Counted from the stretch's first letter, positions 42,069-52,798 are shown. The stretch: 64,000 nt of DNA from Nitrospirota bacterium (GCA_963754875.1 CAVWHO010000020.1:384001-448000), one strand, 5' to 3'. Made by a program: numbers and translations. Notes: generated by a model not told the origin, from the letters alone.

Positions 42069-42208
42069 GCCCGTTGAGCGAAAGTTTCTTGGCTGCAGCC
42101 AGCAGCGGTAAACACTCCACGGGCGAGGAAAAGGGTTTCCCTACTTCGTCTACAAAGGGGAGCCATAGCTAGAAAAAGGGCCAATTTCAAAAGAAATTGG
42201 CCCTTTTT
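42069..42208 (+). ncRNA. Candidate structured sRNA of about 135-140 nt
   Basis: Lies between a near-consensus promoter and a perfect terminator; internal stems GCCCGT.GAG/CTC.ACGGGC, GCTGC/GCAGC, AGGG/CCCT. Confidence 0.5.
42173..42208. terminator. Intrinsic terminator (possibly bidirectional)
   Basis: AAAAAGGGCCAATTTC-AAAA-GAAATTGGCCCTTTTT perfect 16 bp inverted repeat. Confidence 0.85.
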
Positions 42209-42668
42209 AACTTTGCGACTGCTAACTATACTATTACATTTTTTAACAACCGTTCACATCGGCCATATATTGTGATTTCATATTGTGTGAGCTTGTCCTG
42301 AGTGAAAAAACAGCTTTCAGATATCATTAGTTGTCCGGGCTGCGAAAATATATAAGTGCTGCAGTGTTGTCATGTATCATAAGATACAGGCTGTGTTATC
42401 TCCCCTACCTGAGGCTAATTTCCGCTCTTCCAATTCTTACCAACAGTAATTTATCGGCGCCCTCCGGAAGAATCGCTCTCTAAACATCATTGAACAACTA
42501 ATCTCTGCGCTTCAAACGTCGTATTTTGCATCTATTTGAAAAACAGGCGGAGATATTGCATTTATGCGATAACAAATGCCTTATGTCCCCTGTAAATTCA
42601 ACATGCTGGTTCGCGGCATGGTTAATGCAATCATTAAATTAAGATTGAATAGAGAGGGGGACCGGATC

Positions 42669-42977
42669 ATGAAAAAGGTCATGTCAACTCAAGGCGTTTA
42701 TATCGGCACAGGTGCAGGCGTCATTCTTTTTGCGCTCTTTGGATTTTTGCCGGGATGCCTGCTCGGTGGTGCTGCCGGTATCAGCATCGCCGGATGGCTT
42801 TTAGGCTTTCCCCTCGATCCAGGGCTGCTCTCACGAGTGATTATTCTGTTATCTATGCTCGCGGGAGTGCTCATATCGGCAAGCGTAATCGTTATTGCAT
42901 TGTCCGCACTCGGATGGCTTTTCGGATCGTTTTTGCGCATCTTCATGGATGATAAAACCGTATTGTCAATACTATAG
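42669..42977 (+). CDS. Small Gly-rich membrane protein
   Basis: GAGGGG RBS, two to three hydrophobic helices. Confidence 0.7.
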   Translation: MKKVMSTQGVYIGTGAGVILFALFGFLPGCLLGGAAGISIAGWLLGFPLDPGLLSRVIILLSMLAGVLISASVIVIALSALGWLFGSFLRIFMDDKTVLSIL

Positions 42978-43013
42978 GTAGTCAATACTCGATAAAAAGG
43001 GAGGGAGTCTTCT

Positions 43014-43823
43014 ATGAGCAAGAAACTAGTGGTTTTCATGATTGGCTTTATTGTTGTAGTCGGGGGTTTTTATCTCTACGAAACAAGAGTCGCATTCCAG
43101 AATCCGAAGAATTGCACCGCTTGTCACTTTGTAGTTCCCTATTATGAGAAGTGGGCGACGTCGACGCACAAGAACGTGCCTTGTTTGAAATGTCACGAAT
43201 ATTCAACCGAGCGCGCGCTTGCAGCTCAGTTCCTGTTTCTGGCCGGCTCTTATAATCCGCGGCCACTCACAAACGTCCCGGACAAGAATTGTCTCCAGTC
43301 CGGCTGCCATGATAAAAGGTTGGTCACATCCAAGGTGACGTTTACAAAAAGAGGCATCAGTTTTGATCATAAACCGCATTTTACGGAGATGAAGCGGGGC
43401 ATCAAACTGCATTGCAGAAGCTGCCACTCCGACATCGTCCAGGGAGAACACCTTAAGGTATCGATGAACGTCTGCTATCTTTGCCACTTCAAAGGTGTTC
43501 CTCATGACCAGGCCCAGACTGGATGTCCTTCATGCCATGCTGCTCCTGCGAACCCCATTGTCTACAAAGGCAAGAGCTTCTCTCATGCGGCGGCTTTGAA
43601 TGCCGGTTACAAATGCAACAAGTGCCATATAGAGATTACGAAAGGCGATGGAGTCACACCTCGGGACAAATGCTACTTCTGCCATGTCGACAGAACGGAA
43701 AAGTATTCTGATGTCAATCTGATCCACGAAAAACATGTTACCCAGAAACAGATTGATTGCTTGTATTGCCATTCGAAGATAGAGCACGGGAAAATTAAGA
43801 TGGCTGAAAAGATGCCAATTTAG
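43014..43823 (+). CDS. Membrane-anchored multiheme c-type cytochrome
   Basis: Eight CxxCH motifs plus one CLQSGCH (CX4CH); N-terminal TM helix. Confidence 0.9.
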   Translation: MSKKLVVFMIGFIVVVGGFYLYETRVAFQNPKNCTACHFVVPYYEKWATSTHKNVPCLKCHEYSTERALAAQFLFLAGSYNPRPLTNVPDKNCLQSGCHDKRLVTSKVTFTKRGISFDHKPHFTEMKRGIKLHCRSCHSDIVQGEHLKVSMNVCYLCHFKGVPHDQAQTGCPSCHAAPANPIVYKGKSFSHAAALNAGYKCNKCHIEITKGDGVTPRDKCYFCHVDRTEKYSDVNLIHEKHVTQKQIDCLYCHSKIEHGKIKMAEKMPI

Positions 43824-43854
43824 TTACGTCAGTCAGAAGTTAGAAAGTAATGAA

Positions 43855-43890
43855 AACCGCCATTGGTCATCTATTCTACCAATGGCGGTT
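43855..43890. terminator. Hairpin after the cytochrome gene
   Basis: AACCGCCATTGG...CCAATGGCGGTT. Confidence 0.6.
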
Positions 43891-44133
43891 ATTTAATTGA
43901 CAATGTTGTAATCGTTACTTTTGCTGAAATAATGGAAAACGCACGAATTTTGCGCATAACTTTGGCACAACAATTATTATTGTCTGCAATTTATATTGCA
44001 AAGTTTCATTCAATTTGGTAGCATTTGTTTGAGAGTTTAATGAATTTTTTTCGTCTTTAATGCATTTGTTTTTATTTAAACTTATGATTCCCTCCTCGTG
44101 CAGTTTTGACTGATGGGAATAAAGGTGGATTAG

Positions 44134-44571
44134 ATGTATAAGACCTTTCAATTCATAACATGGGCGTTCTTCTTCCTATTTAACCTCTACACGTTTTCTC
44201 CTATTTATATCGTTCAACCATCCGGTGGCGGGACCGGGTTCAAGCTCCCGAATGATACATACGGCAGTACTCTTGCTAATCGGACTTTCCGTTTGCCTGG
44301 AATTGAAGAAATGGATGGTGATTTTCATCATCACGACTCACGGGGCAATGATTTGATCCGCATTGTGAAAAAAAGAGCCGTGATCAAGATGGCCGTCGAT
44401 CTTAAACCCTTCCAGATTTCAGACGTAAAGCCTTTATCAGATTGCTGCAAAAGCGACTCCGCAACGGTCTACACCAGGCAGGCCGCGATAGACGTTGGCT
44501 TTAAGCATGGTGTGGATGAAGGCTTTTACTTCAAAATAACCGGTCTTTCACCTCCAACTCCTCTCTCATAG
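44134..44571 (+). CDS. Hypothetical protein
   Basis: 145 aa ORF with hydrophobic N-terminus and C-terminal TGLSPP. Confidence 0.55.
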   Translation: MYKTFQFITWAFFFLFNLYTFSPIYIVQPSGGGTGFKLPNDTYGSTLANRTFRLPGIEEMDGDFHHHDSRGNDLIRIVKKRAVIKMAVDLKPFQISDVKPLSDCCKSDSATVYTRQAAIDVGFKHGVDEGFYFKITGLSPPTPLS

Positions 44572-44773
44572 CAGTTTCATAAATTTTCTCTTTTTTACTG
44601 ACGAACCCAACAACCTAATGTGACCCTTGTGGATATTACTGTACCCGTTGGGTCGAGAATCTGTTTGGAAATGTTTCCAAATACAGAGCTAATACGCTCT
44701 ATTTATTTTAAAGATGGCGCTCAAGCTAAATCATCATTAATCATTAAATACCAAGGAGGCTGGATAGTAAGCA

Positions 44774-45112
44774 ATGGTAAGGAAACTCTCGATGGTTTTC
44801 GTAATGCTTGTCGTTTCTATTTATTTATTCGGTAGTGTTGCAAATGTTTTTGCCGAGACGGAATGGCAAAAGGAACACCCCCGCAGAAAAGAGGTAAATA
44901 AACGTTTGAACAGACAAAACAAACGCATCGACAGAAAGGTCAAAGAAGGGGAAAGGTCTAAAGGCGAATCCAAGAAGCTTCATCAGGAAGATAGAAATAT
45001 TCGCCAAGAGGAACGGGATATGGCCAAGCAAAATGGTGGGCATATTACCAGGCAGGAACAGAGAGCACTAAACCAGCAGGAAAACCAAAACAGCAAGGCA
45101 ATTCGCAATTAA
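44774..45112 (+). CDS. Exported low-complexity Gln/Arg-rich helical protein
   Basis: GGAGG upstream, signal peptide, HPRRKEVNKRL.RQNKRI and GGHITRQEQRALNQQEN. Confidence 0.8.
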   Translation: MVRKLSMVFVMLVVSIYLFGSVANVFAETEWQKEHPRRKEVNKRLNRQNKRIDRKVKEGERSKGESKKLHQEDRNIRQEERDMAKQNGGHITRQEQRALNQQENQNSKAIRN

Positions 45113-45297
45113 TCCTGATTGTTGCTCTTACGACAAATTATATTGAAGCGACAATCCTCAGGAGAGACAATATTTCATTCGGTTAGCACGACATGCCCGA
45201 GTGATTCTGTCTGAATACGTTTCTACATATTGGGGTAACCTGAGCGAAGGGGATACCCACCTTATTCAATTCTAATTTAAAAGGAGTCTTAAAAAAA

Positions 45298-46986
45298 ATG
45301 AAAAGATTTATGAGTGCAGCTTCACAATTTAGCACGATTTTATTTATTGCGGTTTTCCTTGGCGCCTGCGGGTCGGGAGGCAGCGGAGGGGGCGCCAGTT
45401 TAACCCCTACCCCGACATACACCGTAACCTATAACGGCAACAGCAATACCGGCGGCAGTGACCCGGTTGACGCAACCAACTACGAGCAGGGACAGAACGT
45501 TACGGTGCTCGGGAACACAGGCAACCTTGTGAAGACGGGGTATTCCTTCGCTGGCTGGAATACGCAGGCTAACGGGTCCGGAACGACCTATACGGAGCCG
45601 CAGAGTTTCGCGATGGGTACTGCAAATGTTACATTGTTCGCGAGGTGGACCTCAAGCCCAACATATATCGTCACTTATAACGGCAACGGCAATACTGGAG
45701 GTAGCGTCCCGATTGACTCAACCAACTACGAGCAGGGGCAGAACGTCACGGTGTTCGGAGCGACCCTTGCGAAAACCGGATATTCCTTCGCTGGCTGGAA
45801 TACGCAGGCAAACGGATCCGGAACGACCTATACGGAGCCGCAGAGCTTCACGATGGGCACGACAAATATTACCCTCTACGCAGTGTGGACGGCAAACCCA
45901 ACGTATAAGGTAACTTATAACGGCAACGGCAATGCCGGCGGTAGCGTCCCGACTGACTCAACTAACTACGTGCAGGGTCAGACCGTTACGGTACTTGGCA
46001 ATACAGGAAACTTGGTGAAAACGAACTATTCCTTCGCTGGCTGGAACACTCAAGCGAATGGATCCGGCACAACCTATACGCAGACGCAGACTTTCACGAT
46101 GGGTGCGGCAAATGTTATCCTGTACGCAAAGTGGACTAACACTGTGACGGCTACACTAGCTTCCATAACGGTCACTCCGGCTAATCCCACTATCGCTCTC
46201 GGATTAACACAGCAATTTACGGCGACCGGCCACTATTCGGACGGCTCGACTCAAGACCTCACGACGACCGCGATCTGGAGTTCATCTACGACGAGCGTCG
46301 CCGTGATCAGCAACGCGACGGGTTCAAATGGCCTCGCTACCGCTGTAGCCGTGGGAACTAGTACGATCACCGCGACCTCGGGCAGCATACCTGGTTCGAC
46401 TACGCTAACAGTCAATGCTGTATCAGGCGGTACGACATATATTTACTACTCTCTAACTTTGACAACTGCACAAACAGCGACTCTAGACGCGAATGGCACA
46501 CTTAACATGGGTGGGTTGAAATTAACTGGGTTCAGTTTTGGTGTCAGCGCTTCAGACGCTTCGGGAACCCTTACAAGCTGGGCGGCACCGTTGAGTAACG
46601 TAAATCAACCAAATGTTCCAGTGATGCTTTTTTGCGGGACGAACAATAAGTTGGCCTATGTGCTGCTGTTATCAAATGCCAATGATCCGAATAGAACAAA
46701 TTCCAGTGTCGTTAACTTACTATCGGCAGTTGAAAGTGCAAGTCAATATAGCGGCATCGGAGTATACACTGACTGTTCTGGCACCTTTACTTCCTCTTGG
46801 AACAATGACTTGCCATACACAGACTACTACCTTTGGCCCAATGTGATTAATACCTACAGCTACGCATATGTTGCGAGTGAGTTGAATAATGCCTTCATTT
46901 TTTATGAAACAGGGCAAACATCCAACCCGGATAATTACCTTGCCATTACATGGAAGGGTACAACCCCTTTTGAAGTTTGGAAGTAA
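45298..46986 (+). CDS. Surface lipoprotein with three InlB B-repeat (Listeria-Bacteroides) domains and an Ig-like Big_2 domain
   Basis: Lipobox LGAC; 3x YxVTYNGNxNxGG...YSFAGWNT...LYAxW; SITVTP...QQFTATG.YSDG. Confidence 0.9.
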   Translation: MKRFMSAASQFSTILFIAVFLGACGSGGSGGGASLTPTPTYTVTYNGNSNTGGSDPVDATNYEQGQNVTVLGNTGNLVKTGYSFAGWNTQANGSGTTYTEPQSFAMGTANVTLFARWTSSPTYIVTYNGNGNTGGSVPIDSTNYEQGQNVTVFGATLAKTGYSFAGWNTQANGSGTTYTEPQSFTMGTTNITLYAVWTANPTYKVTYNGNGNAGGSVPTDSTNYVQGQTVTVLGNTGNLVKTNYSFAGWNTQANGSGTTYTQTQTFTMGAANVILYAKWTNTVTATLASITVTPANPTIALGLTQQFTATGHYSDGSTQDLTTTAIWSSSTTSVAVISNATGSNGLATAVAVGTSTITATSGSIPGSTTLTVNAVSGGTTYIYYSLTLTTAQTATLDANGTLNMGGLKLTGFSFGVSASDASGTLTSWAAPLSNVNQPNVPVMLFCGTNNKLAYVLLLSNANDPNRTNSSVVNLLSAVESASQYSGIGVYTDCSGTFTSSWNNDLPYTDYYLWPNVINTYSYAYVASELNNAFIFYETGQTSNPDNYLAITWKGTTPFEVWK

Positions 46987-46991
46987 TCATA

Positions 46992-47035
46992 AGTCATGAC
47001 ACACTGGCGTAACCGGTGTGTCATGACTCCTTTTT
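46992..47035 (+). terminator. Intrinsic terminator
   Basis: AGTCATGACACACTGG/CCGGTGTGTCATGACT stem followed by T run. Confidence 0.75.
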
Positions 47036-47082
47036 ATAGAATACGTATTTTTCTCTTTATCCTTTGACGCCTTTCAAGCTGC

Positions 47083-47900
47083 TTGTTGGGCAACGAGCTA
47101 TCCGGCGTCGTCCAAGCCATTGGCCCGGGGTTGATGCGCTTCGCCAAGAACGACCGAGTGTTCGCGCGCGTGGACAAGAACATCATGGGCGCCTTCGCCG
47201 AGTACGCCGTGGTCCATGAAGACTACGCGGCGCGAATGCCGGCGTCACTGGACTTCCCATCAGCAGCGGCGGTGCCGCTCGCAGCGCTCACCGCGCTGCA
47301 GGCGCTGCGCGACGAGCTGCACCTGAACGCCGGCCAACGGGTATTCATCCCGGGCGGTGCCGGGGGAGTCGTACCTTCGCGATCCAGATCGCCAAGCACT
47401 TGGGTGCTCACGTCGCCACGACGGCCTCGCCGCGTGGCGAGGCGCTCATCAAGCGCCTTGGCGCCGATGTGGTGATCGACTATTCGCGCGAGCGCTTCGA
47501 AGACAAGCTGTCGGGTTACGACTGTGCCTTCGATCTGCTCGGCGGCGAAACACTGGCGCGGCTGTGCTCGGTGTTCAAACCGGGTGGACACGTCGTTTCG
47601 ATCGCGGGCGTGCCTGAGCCCGTGACGGCGCGTAAGGATCTGCGACGTGGCAGCGGCCTTGCAGCGCTCTTCTGGTTCGCCAGTCTGCCGACGCGCCTAG
47701 CCGCTGCGCGCCATGGCCTCAACTATCGTTATCTGTTCATGCATCCGAGCGGCACCGACCTGGCCTATCTGGCTTCCCTTATCGACGCCATGCAGCTTGA
47801 AGTTGTCGTCGACCGAGTCTTTCCGTTTGCCGAGGCGAAGCAGGCGATGGCCTACCTGGAGGCCGGCCACGCCAAAGGCAAGATTGTCCTTGCCCTGTAA
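47083..47900 (+). pseudogene. NADPH:quinone reductase / MDR oxidoreductase, 5'-truncated and frameshifted
   Basis: Begins at LGNELSGVV without the N-terminal region; AAAVPLAALTALQAL, GGAGGV; frameshift near 47370; GC-rich. Confidence 0.8.
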
Positions 47901-48271
47901 CCCCATCGCGAGACGCTCAACGTCCCAAACCTCGCCGGTTACGACGTGGAAACCGATGCCCAACCAGTGGGGCAAGGCGCCACGCGGGCTTTTGTCAGCG
48001 TCGCGTTCAAGCGAAAGCTACTACCAGTACTCGATAGAGTTTATTTTTCTCGAAACACCAATAGTAATAGGTGCTGTCGAGACCGAAGGAATTCAAGATG
48101 ACGTGGGAAATTTCGCTTGAAGTATGCGGCGCGGTTTCCTTCCTGAAACAGTGGAGTTCTCAACTCTCGCAACAATAAACAGTTCAATCGGAAATTATCA
48201 TTTTCTACCCAGAAAATACTCCTTTTGGTAATTGACATCCTTCGTATTCTTGATTCGTCGCTAAATATCGC

Positions 48272-48298
48272 TTGACAGAGGTTAGCATAATTGCTAAC
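48272..48298 (+). promoter_or_regulatory. TA promoter with overlapping palindromic operator
   Basis: TTGACA at 48272; palindrome GTTAGCA-TAAT-TGCTAAC at 48281-48298. Confidence 0.65.
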
Positions 48299-48307
48299 AT
48301 GCCAAAG

Positions 48308-48635
48308 ATGAAATATACCATCGAGTATTTCCATGCCCGTGTCAAAAACGACATCGAAAGCTGGCCCGATGGTATATTGGCAGATTATGCTCGTTTGGTG
48401 GAACTCTTGATGGAGTTCGGGCCGAATCTGCGGATGCCGCATTCGCGCGCCATGGGTGACGGTCTCTTTGAGTTACGACCACGCGGCCGTGAAGGCATCG
48501 GTCGTGCATTTATATTGCTTCGTTGTGGGTCAACGCATCGTGATGCTTCACGCTTTTGTAAAGAAAACGCAAGAAACCCCGGAGAAAGAACTACGCCTTG
48601 CCCGAAAAAGAATGAAGGAGGTACGAAATGGCTGA
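48308..48635 (+). CDS. RelE/ParE (Gp49-like) toxin (one extra T near 48510)
   Basis: LRMPHSRAMGDGLFELR; corrected frame gives IVMLHAFVKKTQETP..EL.LARKRMKE. Confidence 0.85.
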
Positions 48636-49011
48636 TTTAAAATATAAACCCGTTGCCCACGACCATGAGGCTTTCCTCAAAAAGGCCTCGAAACGGAAAG
48701 AGTTCAGAAAAGCATACGAGGACCTGGAAGAAGAGTATCGGCTTACCCGTGAGATGCTTGCAGCTCGTTCCAAGTTCGGCCTCACTCAGGAAGCCGTTGC
48801 AGAGTTGATGGGGACGACAAAAAGCGCGGTATCACGCTTGGAAGCTGCGGGTAAACATGCCCCATCTCTGACTACGCTCAAGAAGTATGCGCGGGCAGTC
48901 GGCTGTCGCCTGGAGATCAAGCTCGTTCCCAACGCTCGCCTAACCAAGACGCTCAACACGGACCGCCAAAAAGCAGGCGGCCGGCCAATTTCACGTTTAG
49001 CATCTTCGTAA
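48628..49011 (+). CDS. XRE-family HTH antitoxin
   Basis: GLTQEAVAELMGTTKSAVSRLE, PSLTTLKKYA. Confidence 0.9.
   Translation: MADLKYKPVAHDHEAFLKKASKRKEFRKAYEDLEEEYRLTREMLAARSKFGLTQEAVAELMGTTKSAVSRLEAAGKHAPSLTTLKKYARAVGCRLEIKLVPNARLTKTLNTDRQKAGGRPISRLASS
48938..49001 (+). repeat. Degenerate attC-like site
   Basis: GCCTAAC-CAAGA-CGCTCAAC...CCGCC/GGCGG...CGTTTAG. Confidence 0.45.
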
Positions 49012-49201
49012 ACTTTGCTTCCTGGAGTCTGCAATCGATACCATTTGACCAGTTGTGTAACTTCGAAGTAGTATAGTGCAACGACCTTCCCATTTCATAC
49101 ATCCTAACATTGGTGTTCTTGTTCTTCGCAACCATCACTACTTCATTCAGCAATTCACAGCGGTCTCAGGAGCATTTCATTGACAACACCTTGCAGTGGT
49201 G

Positions 49202-49223
49202 ATACAATGTAAACACATTGTAT
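49202..49223. promoter_or_regulatory. Palindromic operator of the AbrB-Doc TA pair
   Basis: ATACAATGT-AAAC-ACATTGTAT just upstream of AGGAGG. Confidence 0.65.
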
Positions 49224-49235
49224 TAAGGAGGAAAT

Positions 49236-49463
49236 ATGATTAAAAAAATGGTTTCTCATGGAAATAGTGCGGCGATTATTATCGATAAGCCAATTTTGCA
49301 GCTTCTCAAGATAGATGAGGATACACCGCTTGAGCTCACAACTGATGGCAGAAATCTAATCATCTCACCAGTTGGCGATGAAAAACGAGAGAAGAGGTTC
49401 AAATCCGCGCTTGAACGAGTGAACAAAAAGCATTCAAAAACTTTGCAGAGACTGGCCGAGTAA
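49236..49463 (+). CDS. AbrB/MazE/SpoVT-family antitoxin
   Basis: HGNSAAIIIDKPIL..LKI, DGRNLIISP. Confidence 0.85.
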   Translation: MIKKMVSHGNSAAIIIDKPILQLLKIDEDTPLELTTDGRNLIISPVGDEKREKRFKSALERVNKKHSKTLQRLAE

Positions 49464-49468
49464 TCTTA

Positions 49469-49849
49469 ATGAAGGGAAAGATTATTTTCCTAACGCTATC
49501 CGAGGTTGTTGATATTCATGCCGATCAGATTAAACGCTATGGCGGTTCGGACGGTATTAGAGATATTAGCCTACTGAGCTCTGCGGTTGCCATGCCATTC
49601 GCTACTTTTTCTAGTGAATATCTTCACGACGACATATTTGAGATGGCGGCTGCTTATGCTTTTCATATTTGCCAGAATCACCCGTTCATTGATGGCAATA
49701 AACGTACAGCTCTTGTTTCAGCGCTGGTATTTCTTGACATGAACGGAGAAGATATATCATGCGGTACAAACAAATTGTACGATGCGATGATATCTCTTGC
49801 GACAGGAAAGCTCAACAAATCAAAATTTGCTGAAATATTGCGATCGTAG
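49469..49849 (+). CDS. doc: Death-on-curing (Doc/Fic) toxin
   Basis: GIRD..LL.SA..P, HPFIDGNKRTA. Confidence 0.9.
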   Translation: MKGKIIFLTLSEVVDIHADQIKRYGGSDGIRDISLLSSAVAMPFATFSSEYLHDDIFEMAAAYAFHICQNHPFIDGNKRTALVSALVFLDMNGEDISCGTNKLYDAMISLATGKLNKSKFAEILRS

Positions 49850-50480
49850 TTCAGAGGCTTTCTCCTGAACTATGCACTCAGTGCTGTATTGCCAGGGGTG
49901 TAACTTTTAACCAGAAGTATTCACGTAGCTTCTACACGTTCGGGTCTAGCTTGGGGAGCCAAAGACTACGATACGTGACACCTTTACCTATAAGACGCAT
50001 CGGAACCTGTTTCGCTTTATAGTTTGACTCTCCGGACTAAGCACAGTAAGCTAGCACTACCCTAAACATTCCACATCATCTACTCTGTCCCAGCGATTGT
50101 CTAAGAGCCTTTATTGTGAAGATATCATTTGACACGACAATCGAACGTGTTTAAAATTTTAAATCAAGCGCAATGAATTTTCAGGCCGCCGTGTTGCCGA
50201 AACGGGTGCGATCACGTCTTTATAATAATTTTTATAAGCTGAATCATTTTCATTGATTCTGGCACCATCAATATTTCATCAAAATTTACTAACGAAGAAC
50301 GTCTAATGAAGCACGTTGATATACCAATTTTACCGCTACATATTGGAATACGTTAACAGAGGTAATCTGGTATGTAGATGCATTAAATGATAGATAACAC
50401 TCAGTGAATATTAGAATCAACGAGCACTCATCTAACGATATTTAATCGGGGGCTGCTCAATCACTTATAGTGGGAGAACA

Positions 50481-50867
50481 ATGCGAATCATATCATTGAT
50501 AGCCATAATGACAATTATGCTATTCTCTTGCAGCAATAGTGAGCAGGGGGCGCCATATGACCGCGCCGGCGTAGATCAGAGGTATCAGACTGTATATAAT
50601 CTCACCCAAGATCTCTCTTGCACCGATTCCTCCGTATGCCTAAGCATAGGTATCGGATCAAAGCCTTGTGGTGGCCCTTGGCGCTATCTAGTGTATTCAG
50701 CAGCAACAGTGGATCCAGAGAAATTAAATGCCGCAGTTGCCGATCTGGATGCCTATGAGGCCGGGTACAATCAGCAAGAGGGACTCATTTCGGATTGTAG
50801 CTTTCCCCCTCTTGCAAATCCGAGTTGCGTGAATTCTAATTGCGTTGATCTAAATGCAACACAATAA
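50481..50867 (+). CDS. Hypothetical Cys-rich lipoprotein
   Basis: Lipobox LFSC; GSKPCGGPWRYLVYS. Confidence 0.8.
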   Translation: MRIISLIAIMTIMLFSCSNSEQGAPYDRAGVDQRYQTVYNLTQDLSCTDSSVCLSIGIGSKPCGGPWRYLVYSAATVDPEKLNAAVADLDAYEAGYNQQEGLISDCSFPPLANPSCVNSNCVDLNATQ

Positions 50868-50965
50868 TTGTTTGAGCGTGTCGTTAAATAGTCAGCACTC
50901 CATCCTGTACTGTACACACTTGACGATTTGATCGATGTGTAAGTTTGAATTAGTATGTTAGAACA

Positions 50966-51205
50966 ATGCAAAATGATACTTCTAAAATAATTATTGCAGG
51001 CATCTTATTAATAGGCGCAGGCGGCTTTTTAATAGCATACGGAATAAAAGGCGGACTGTTTGATAAAAAAATCCTTGCTAATTATTGGTCAAAATCGTAT
51101 GCAACTGGTCCTGAAGCTGTTAGACGTGGTTGGTTCTATATCTCACTCGGAGCTATCATAATTGCAGTGTATCTTCTCGCGCTCATAAAAACATTTAAGG
51201 CTTAG
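50966..51205 (+). CDS. Small two-TM hypothetical protein
   Basis: 79 aa with two hydrophobic helices. Confidence 0.6.
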   Translation: MQNDTSKIIIAGILLIGAGGFLIAYGIKGGLFDKKILANYWSKSYATGPEAVRRGWFYISLGAIIIAVYLLALIKTFKA

Positions 51206-51484
51206 GATGAGGACTACTTGATGGGTCGTTCCGTCATGCGATGTCCTTCCTGAAGCAAACGAGTTGCCAGCCTTTGCAATATGCTAATTTACAACCTGAA
51301 CTTTTCATGCATCTACTCTGAAATAACCCCATCAACCACATTCACACATTCATCACATTCGTTTGACATTCTCTTAGATCCGGCATATATTCGTATCGAA
51401 TTAAGTCTGTTAATAAATGGTTTGCATTGCCGAAATTCATCTGCAATGTTTTACGACTTTTCACGGCGGAAAGAAAGGGCAGAC

Positions 51485-51982
51485 ATGAAACAACAATGGA
51501 AAGCCATATTCAATTGTTGTCTAATAATATTTGTTTGTTGCTTGTTAAATGGATGTGCTTTTCTTATAAAAGGAGTGGTGCCCGAGCCAGTTCAAATAGC
51601 GTCAATCCCATCAGGTGCTACATGCGAAGTTTATAACAAATTAACCAGAGAAAAAATATCCACGTTGACGACTCCAACCACCATTTTGCTGGAGAAGAGC
51701 CGTGGATATTTTAAACCTTCGTCTTATCAGATATCATGCATTCTAGATAAACAACAACCACAAGAAGCACTGATAGAAGGAAGCATAAGTGGCTGGTATT
51801 GGGGAAACCTCGCTTTTGGTGGTTTGATCGGAATGCTCCTCGTAGATCCGGCTTCAGGTGCGATGTGGACGTTAGAACCGGATACTGTCCTTGTCAACTA
51901 TGAAGACCCGAGTAAATCCATATTGAACGGTTCATCGTATCGAATTACTGATCGAGGATTTCGCACGCGTGAAAATAGATAG
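51485..51982 (+). CDS. Hypothetical lipoprotein (PEGA-like, GNLAFGGLIG..VD..SGAMW.L)
   Basis: Lipobox LNGC; SIPSGA; Gly-zipper segment. Confidence 0.8.
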   Translation: MKQQWKAIFNCCLIIFVCCLLNGCAFLIKGVVPEPVQIASIPSGATCEVYNKLTREKISTLTTPTTILLEKSRGYFKPSSYQISCILDKQQPQEALIEGSISGWYWGNLAFGGLIGMLLVDPASGAMWTLEPDTVLVNYEDPSKSILNGSSYRITDRGFRTRENR

Positions 51983-52237
51983 ACTTCTTAAGCTTTTGGT
52001 AACATCTCAGGAGATTGATGCTGACACCTGAGATGTGTTCTACGAGTATCATGAGGCAGTATAGCATTCAGCCATCTGATTAAATCTGACCCGATATCCA
52101 TGTTCCAATTTGAATTTTCCATTCAAGTCTGCATCCTGAATAGTGCATTTTTGGAAATTTGGCAACAGGTGTAATTTTCAACTCGAACAGCGTGTGCGCC
52201 GCACATGCGTCGGGAGTGTAAAAAAGAGGAAAGAGCT

Positions 52238-52660
52238 ATGAAAAGAAAATTTTTTTATCTTTTCTGTGGAGCAATATCTTTAGCCTTTTGCATTTTTGCC
52301 TGCTCTGGGACGACTAGTAACACGCCGGCTGGCGGGCCATGTACTTATAACGATATACCGGGAACTGCGACTATTATTTCAAACACGACGCCAACGAACT
52401 CAATTAGCTGTTTTAACAATCCTGTAGAAGTGGTATACAACTTCGCTCCTACCGATCCTAATGCTGCCAATAATTATCGTTTTTCAAATTGGCTTGATAC
52501 TGGTCAGATTTTTTTAATTTATGGACTTAATCCGTCATCCAGTTGTGTTGCAAGTCAAAATTTAATTACTGGATCTACACATTCGGCCATCAGGAAAGAA
52601 GGGGTGACTGGTACTTGTACACCTGTCGTCTTTGAAATTACTGATGTTAACATAACTTAG
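52238..52660 (+). CDS. Hypothetical lipoprotein
   Basis: Lipobox IFAC; GGPCTY...GTCTPVVF. Confidence 0.75.
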   Translation: MKRKFFYLFCGAISLAFCIFACSGTTSNTPAGGPCTYNDIPGTATIISNTTPTNSISCFNNPVEVVYNFAPTDPNAANNYRFSNWLDTGQIFLIYGLNPSSSCVASQNLITGSTHSAIRKEGVTGTCTPVVFEITDVNIT

Positions 52661-52798
52661 TGCGATAGTACCTGTAATTAAGTCTGTGAAGTGCGTCTGA
52701 TCAAAGAACTAATCCATCCTGGAGTCGCAAATCGCGACCTTTTGACCTGACGTATTACTTTGAAGTAGAAATTAGCAAACGATTTAAAGTGAAATAAC

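Noticed and set aside
42067..42111. 14-codon leader peptide MPVERKFLGCSQQR in the sRNA candidate
   Set aside because: The ATG abuts the -10 box and probably lies upstream of the transcription start; no RBS
45415..46135. Three ~240 bp direct repeats as possible DGR or recombination cassettes
   Set aside because: They encode the tandem InlB B-repeat domains; no reverse transcriptase and no adenine-specific variation is apparent
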